Below, one piece after another: positions 45,746 through 64,000 of a DNA stretch of 64,000 nucleotides (positions within the stretch are counted from its first letter, which is position 1; each line of letters begins with the position of its first letter). The position numbers and the translations under genes were made by a program. This DNA is from Chrysomallon squamiferum (lineage: Eukaryota > Animalia > Mollusca): positions 11,160,001 through 11,224,000 of the forward strand of contig CM022671.1 of the NCBI GenBank assembly GCA_012295275.1, in the 5' to 3' direction. A model generated the notes under the pieces. That model worked only from the letters and a program-made list of their open reading frames with translations. It had not been told where the DNA came from and ran no database searches.

Positions 45746-46430
45746 TTGTGTGTGTGCGCGTGTATGATTGTTACGCATGAACTGTTTACATAAAAATACA
45801 TTTTCACGTTTTGTCTCGACACCACAGTGTAAACATACTGTATGTGTAAAAACAAATCGAAAGAACATTATCTACGTAGCTATCTATACATACAGACAGA
45901 CAGACAGACAGACAGACATATTTATTTATTTAGATAACATATTATTTCTGATATTGATGCTGGTCATGAAAAACATTAACGTCCAAGCTTAGATAATGTT
46001 TTGTGTGTCTGTTTGTGCATTGTGATCACGTACTAAGAATGTGATTGGATGAATGCTTTGTTAATTAGTGCTGTTAATGAATTTAATCCACGATAAATGA
46101 CTTAAATAAACTGTACAGCTATAGAATTCAGCAGTGTTTCTGTACACTGGGTTGAGACTACAGGTATATATGTCTATTAAATGTTTATGTTGCCTAATGA
46201 CTGAAACTAATCAATGTTTCTGCATAGACTTTGAAGGAAAAACACGAGCGAATTGTTTTTACCTAGTAACAGCTTCGTTACACTATTAGTAAAGAGATCT
46301 TCATAATATTTTAATCTGCTTGTGTCATTCTTTTTTGTGATATACAATTTTACCTACAGAAACGGTTCTTAGCACGCAATCTCAAATTTAGAAACACACA
46401 CACACACTCTCTCTCTCTCTCCTCACTCAC

Positions 46431-46508
<78 letters not shown>

Positions 46509-47413
46509 CACACAAACACACACGCGTACACACAGACACATAATGTATCAAAGAGACATTAACGCCACAATTAATAATCAGTACATTCAGTCTAATTTCA
46601 TACACTAGGACGAATGCAGTGACTCAAATAATTGCAGTTTTAATTCTGAATTTGCGAGAACATGTCTCAAATGAATAAACTGTGCTCTGTGTTTTTTCAT
46701 TATTCTATTAAACTGTTATTCTTCGATTTCTTTTGAAAGAATTAACAATGGACTGATTTCCATGAATTGATTTCAACGACCAGACTGTCATTCGCTGAAA
46801 GAAACTCATGATGTATCTCCCTCCCTTCAATAGGACGCACCACAACGTGCCTGTGACGCGACGGACGCTCTAACTACCAGCACGATACACAATGACCCGA
46901 ATACCTGATGCTAAGTGAAAATGTTGCGTCTCCAAAAAAAAAAAAATGATAATATGTTATAAATTATCACGTGTTCGAGATATCTCAGCGAATTTCAAAT
47001 TTACAACTGATAAAAGTTTAGATATGTCTTCAAGAGAAAGGGGAAAACCACAATTTAATTTTATGTCAGAAAATCTTACTAACTTGTTATGTTAGTTATC
47101 ATAGAAAAACAAATGTAAAAGACTGATACTGTAAGTGATTTTGTAAATACCTATAATCAGGAATACAATGGAAATGGATATCTTTAGTTCCCATGCAATC
47201 ATCATCATCATCATCATCAGTATCATCCTTCTTCTAATCATCATCTTCATTTCTTTTTTCATCTCCCACTGTTTTTGGAGCAAGCACCATTACCATTGTC
47301 ACTATTTTTAATCTGTTTAACTAATCATTACTGTCATCATCATCATCGTCATTATCATCACCGTTGTGGTTCTTATTGTTCGCCGTCTTCTTGTTTGTTT
47401 TCTTCTAATTATT

Positions 47414-47446
<33 letters not shown>

Positions 47447-48354
47447 AATAAGTGTCGTAGAGTTACATACGCACACACACACAAAAAAAGAAGAAGTAAA
47501 AAAAAGTAACAATATATGTTCTTACCTCTCTGTTTTCCCAATCCAACAGATTTCAAATTTTACAGCAGCGCGCCATTACTTGCAAGTCCGAAATTCTCCA
47601 GTTTAGTTTTACATGCAGTGAATATAAAAATCATGTTCTGTTTTTTTTTGTTTTTTTTTGTTTTTTTCCTTCAGTTTCTGACAATATTTATTTTTATTTC
47701 AAATTGTATAAATAATTTATGAAGGGTGATTACCATAAATTGTGCAATAAAATACAACACAACAAGAGGCACACCCATTTTGACTGAATATTTAAAGGAA
47801 AAAGGAAAACAGGCGAGAAAAACGTGCAAGTGTTTTCATGTTTGTGAATTCAGGTCACTAAAAACCGTCAGCGTGACTGTAGGTAATACACATGAAAACT
47901 ATTCAAAATTTTTGCATAAATCTATACATTTTTTTTTTTTTTTTAATCTTTATTCTGACTTTCTGAATATTCTGTAGCAGTGTCGACTGCTTACACTGAT
48001 AATAATAGTTATTTTATTTCAGTTCAAGGGAGGTAACTCATTTCTTGTCTTTTAATAACGAAGTATTCCATAGACTTGAACATCCACGAATAATTTTTGT
48101 TATTGCAGTTCGCGCGCGATTTTACAAGAACGATAAACACGAAATAAATAAATATTTTATTTTAATATACTGGGTTTTTTTTTAACGTATTTGAATTTAG
48201 AAGTTCAATTCTATTACATCTCATGAGTATTTTAAAATACGCTTAAATAAACGAATAATTATGAAGAAAGAAATGAAAGTAATTTTAACTGTAACGACTG
48301 CTTGATTTCAGAATATTAAACAGATAAATATTTGTTCTTATTGTTCAGCATATT

Positions 48355-48438
<84 letters not shown>

Positions 48439-48523
48439 GGGGGAGGAGAGAGGGGAGAGAGGGAGGAGAGAGAGAGGGGAGAGAGAGTAGGAGGTACTGC
48501 AGCATCTTTCTCATTCTTCAGTA

Positions 48524-48566
<43 letters not shown>

Positions 48567-48837
48567 TACTGCAGCTTTGAGAGAGACAACAGTCTGTTGA
48601 AAAACAACGCTAAATTTATCCCGCAGTGTTATTCATAATGTCATACAACAGATCAAACTTACTAAAACAGAATTGTAAGTCTGTACAATCCAAATTATAC
48701 ATTTGTCTTAGGAATCACAGCTAAATCCGTACTTGCACTACAATATTACTTTTAGCAGCAAACGATCATATTGTTTATGTTGTACAGGATAAAATTACTA
48801 AAAAATTGATTTGTAAGTGGATGGATATTTTTTTCAT

Positions 48838-60035
<11,198 letters not shown>

Positions 60036-60694
60036 TGTGTTCGTTGTGTCAGATAAACTTTTGTAAAGTTGGCAGATCTTTAAAATCTCTCATATTTGTT
60101 TCAAACCTCTTTATTGTACCCGTCTACGTTTCTGAGATTTTCTCAGATTATGAGTTGGTTAGGAAAGACGTTTGTTCTGGCACAGCTTCCTAGCGTGTGT
60201 GATCGAGTGTGTTATCTGCGTCAAAGCAGAAATGTTACCTGCCCGTGCACTGCACGCCACATGTTCGTTCTCAGTGAAAACTAAACAAAACAAACAAAAC
60301 CTTTCGTGTGGCTTTCCATACCCCACTTTTGTACTGCAGAAAATGAAAGTTTGCTTCGCGTAACGAAAGACAAACACTCAGGTTGAGTGTTACTTTTTAA
60401 CATTTTAAATTAGCTGAGAGTTTTCTGTGCGGCGCCTGGACTCAAGTCTCCGACGAGAGAAAAGTAAACTGTTTGATTACAACATCCACGACCACGCTGT
60501 TATTGTCATCATTCACAAAAACCTGCACTCGAGTAAGAGTTACGTAATTTTACTGTAATAGAAATGTGAAAAATACACATCTGAGTGTTGATTAATATTG
60601 TTATATTACAATACGTAAAGGGGTGAAAAAGTATACAGTACGAAATCTATCAACAAAACTGCTAACAGTAAGATTGAAGGTTTCTATAAAGGAA

Positions 60695-60744
<50 letters not shown>

Positions 60745-62416
60745 ATTTAAAAAGGCCTTCTCACAAAAGTGTCTGAGTCAAATAAAACTGAAATAAAAAT
60801 ATGTCCAAACGTACCTAATCAAATTTACATACTCACACTCACTGCTATATATATATAGATATATATAAAAGAAAAAGAAAAATAAAAAAGAAAAAAGAAA
60901 AACATTAATAAAAGTTTTATACGTCTTTGTAAATTTCAAACGAATGAGAATGAAAATAATAGCAGCAAAAACAGAAAAAATCCACACAAATTGTCACATT
61001 TTGTTTTTTAAATAATGTTTTTTTCTTTTTTCTTGACAGATATATATATGTATATTGGTTTGCGTGTGGTCGTTTCTGTCTGTACGTTTGTGCATATATG
61101 TATCTATGTAGTTTGTGTGTATGTATGTATGTATGTATGTATGTATGTGTGTGTGTATGTATGTATGTAAATGTATGCTTGTATGTATGTATGTATGTAT
61201 GTATGTTATGCATCTATGTGTGTGTGTGTTTTTGTGTGTGTGTGTGTTGTTAGTGTGTATTTGTGTGGCTATATCTCTATCTGTCTATATATATAATTTT
61301 ATATAATTATAAACATGCTTAGGAATATTAATATTACCATTATTAGAATGTTGTTGCTGTTGTTATTATTGATGCTACTGTTGCTGTTGTTTGTAGTTCC
61401 TTCATAACTCTTCTTCGGTTACCTATTTATCTAATTATCTACATATATATTTTTTTTTTTATTTTTTTTTAAAATATTTATTCTTAACAAATAATAAAGC
61501 CTTCGTCATATGATATCAAAACGTGATATGTTCTTATTAGGAGAAATAAATATAATTACATTACTTACACGTGCATCGACATTATTCCTGTGTAGAATCA
61601 ACAATGATCTTCGTCGCATGATTTTTATTTTGTTTTATCACTTTTCAAATTTCTAATATCCTGATAATAAATTGTTTTCAATTAATCGAAAATTGTAATT
61701 TTATATCTGAGTTATTGTCTAGATTGTCCATTTGAAAACAATCACGACTTTGTTAAATAGTTATAATTCATATCTCGAAATGACGTCTGTTTCTGAAATG
61801 ATATTAAAGAAATGCTAATAATGTGAGTTTATAATCGTCTTTACCGTAAACCCTCTCACATACGTCCATAATATATATATAAATAAAATGTTAATTATTA
61901 ACGACTGTAATTAAAATGATACAAACAATTTCCAGTCAAGACATGCTTCTTGTAGTTTCAATCATTAGTGCAGCAAACTTTTATCTTTAAATTAATTACA
62001 TTTTACTTTGAAACACTGTATTATATATTTGAAATAAAAGAATGGGGTAATTATGAAATTTTTCAGTAGCATATTAACTGAGGAGATGAAATTTATGTAT
62101 TAATATATATTTAAATATTTGAAAACATTTTCTTCATTGTTATGTTTTACATATGCATTCACGCATGAGATTGTTTGACTGTAAATCCTGTCATTTTGTT
62201 GAAATTACAAGATTTAAATGGACTCTTATTTCAGACAACATTCCGATATTTCGTGGAGTATGTGTTTGCACAGATGAAGTATTTTCAAATCAAGATTTTT
62301 TTTATTTATTTGATTTATTTTAAATTTCGTTTTTAAAATACGCTAAGACTTCTCTGTCTAAAAAAATATATAATAATTTAATTTATCAGCCGTTTTCGCG
62401 ATGATAAAATATTTTT

Positions 62417-62728
62417 CAGATATACGAAATGTATCAGGATATTACTCAGATATACGAAATGTATCAGGATATTACTCAGATATACAAAATGTATCAGGAT
62501 ATTACTCAGATATACGAAATGTGTCAGGATATTACTCAGATATACGAAATGTATCAGGATATTACTCAGATATACGAAATTCAGGATATCAGATACGAAA
62601 TATCAGGATATTACTCAGATATACGAAATGTATCAGGATATTACTCAGATATACGAAATGTATCAGGATATTACTCAGATATACAAAATGTATCAGGATA
62701 TTACTCAGATATACGAAATGTATCAGGA
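62417..62728. repeat. 30-bp minisatellite, ~10 copies
   Basis: Unit CAGATATACGAAATGTATCAGGATATTACT; source of the SGYYSDIRNV ORFs. Confidence 0.95.
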
Positions 62729-63162
62729 CATTTCAGTTTTAATGATCCACCAAGAGGTCATATTTCGGGGATTTACAGTAAGTAAAAGTAATTCGACATA
62801 AAGCAGTTATTTACTTCTATTCTGCAGCCGCTCTGTTAACATAAATTAGTTTATTATTATATCAGGCAGATTCAAACACGCTTCGGCGAGTTGCTTAACG
62901 AAGCAACATTTCAGTAGTTCATGTCTCAACATGCTGTGGACGTTTCTTTTGAAAAAGTAAGAAACAAATTATTTCTACATAACAAAAACACCCGGTGTGT
63001 ATAAATCAAAAGTGTGAGAGTAAATCTAAAAGATTTAAATGTTATCATTTGTCAAGCGTCATCCTTCATGTCAGTATTCAAACCACTTGTCTATTCAAGA
63101 TCTTTTACACACACATGCAGACACACATGCAGACACACACACATACAAACATACATACATAT

Positions 63163-63246
<84 letters not shown>

Positions 63247-64000
63247 CACAACATTTTATACGAAATCCATTTCTCGAAAAACAAAAGAAAACAAATGGAA
63301 AAAAAAACTATAAAGAAAATAAAAACTGAAGGAATATAAAATACTGAACAGTGTTAAATATTTTCATAATTCTGTAGGTCTGCTATTACACGACGCAGAA
63401 TGATAAATTCTCTTTCACAGCTTATGGCAGTCAATTAATTTAATTATTTCGGTAACAAAACAAAAATCAATGGTGTAGTATAATGTTTTATATGAATTGG
63501 TCTTGTCTAAACCAAGGCAGAACCTTTTTTATTTGTACTGTGAAAATGTCGATCAGTTCGGTTAATATTACAACTGACATGTGAACTTACAACATGCTTG
63601 CTCTGCACTTCCACTGCAAAAATACCATAAAAATGTATTTTTAAATGATAAAATTCTAATATAAATTTCTAAATGATAAAATTCTAATATAAATTTCTAA
63701 TGCTAATTTTTTGTTATTGTTGCTTTGGGTCCTTGGTGTGACTTGGGGATTAAGGTAAACGATAACAATATTAATACTTTTCTTGCTTTTATTCTTTTAA
63801 TTTTTCTTTATTTTTTTTATATATTATTATTTTTTTTTTTTTTTTTTTTTTTTTTTTGTCGCCGTCCAAGCGTGATGCTAGTGGATGTTTTTTTTATTTT
63901 TTTTATTTTTGTTTGTTTGATTAGTGGTTGTCGAATCTGTGTTATTTGTTTTGTTTGTTTGTTTGTATTTTTGTATTTTCATTTATTATTAAAGCATCAA

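Noticed and set aside
62401-62785. SGYYSDIRNV repeat protein
   Set aside because: It is a 30-bp minisatellite with a frame-breaking deletion in the middle.

Overview
This is AT-rich, microsatellite-dense animal genomic DNA with spliceosomal introns. It is most likely from a gastropod mollusc, inferred from a perlustrin-like gene, mir-315 and SINE-like relics. I rebuilt the exon chains by hand from splice sites and reading phase. Left to right the window holds: (1) the last 11 coding exons of MCM2 (+, 32-5353, including a GC-AG intron); (2) a two-exon secreted 12-Cys IGFBP-N-domain protein resembling abalone perlustrin (+, 7768-8552); (3) a BTB-BACK-Kelch gene with one coding exon (-, 9833-11596); (4) an uncharacterised 13-exon TPR protein gene (+, 17855-28822); (5) a ~19 kb interval with no recognisable protein, containing a mir-315 hairpin (40954-41014), probably intronic in a non-coding host transcript; (6) a ~19-exon CNBD2-like cyclic-nucleotide-binding protein gene (-, 48838-60035) that the ORF track barely shows. 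Two structures stand out. A ~175-bp inverted copy of a CNBD exon end plus its 5' splice site sits in an upstream intron of the same gene, a possible dsRNA, editing or splicing switch. Tandem repeats are also repeatedly built from exon boundaries, with up to ~34 copies of one 3' splice site. Most ORFs in the track are microsatellite artefacts.
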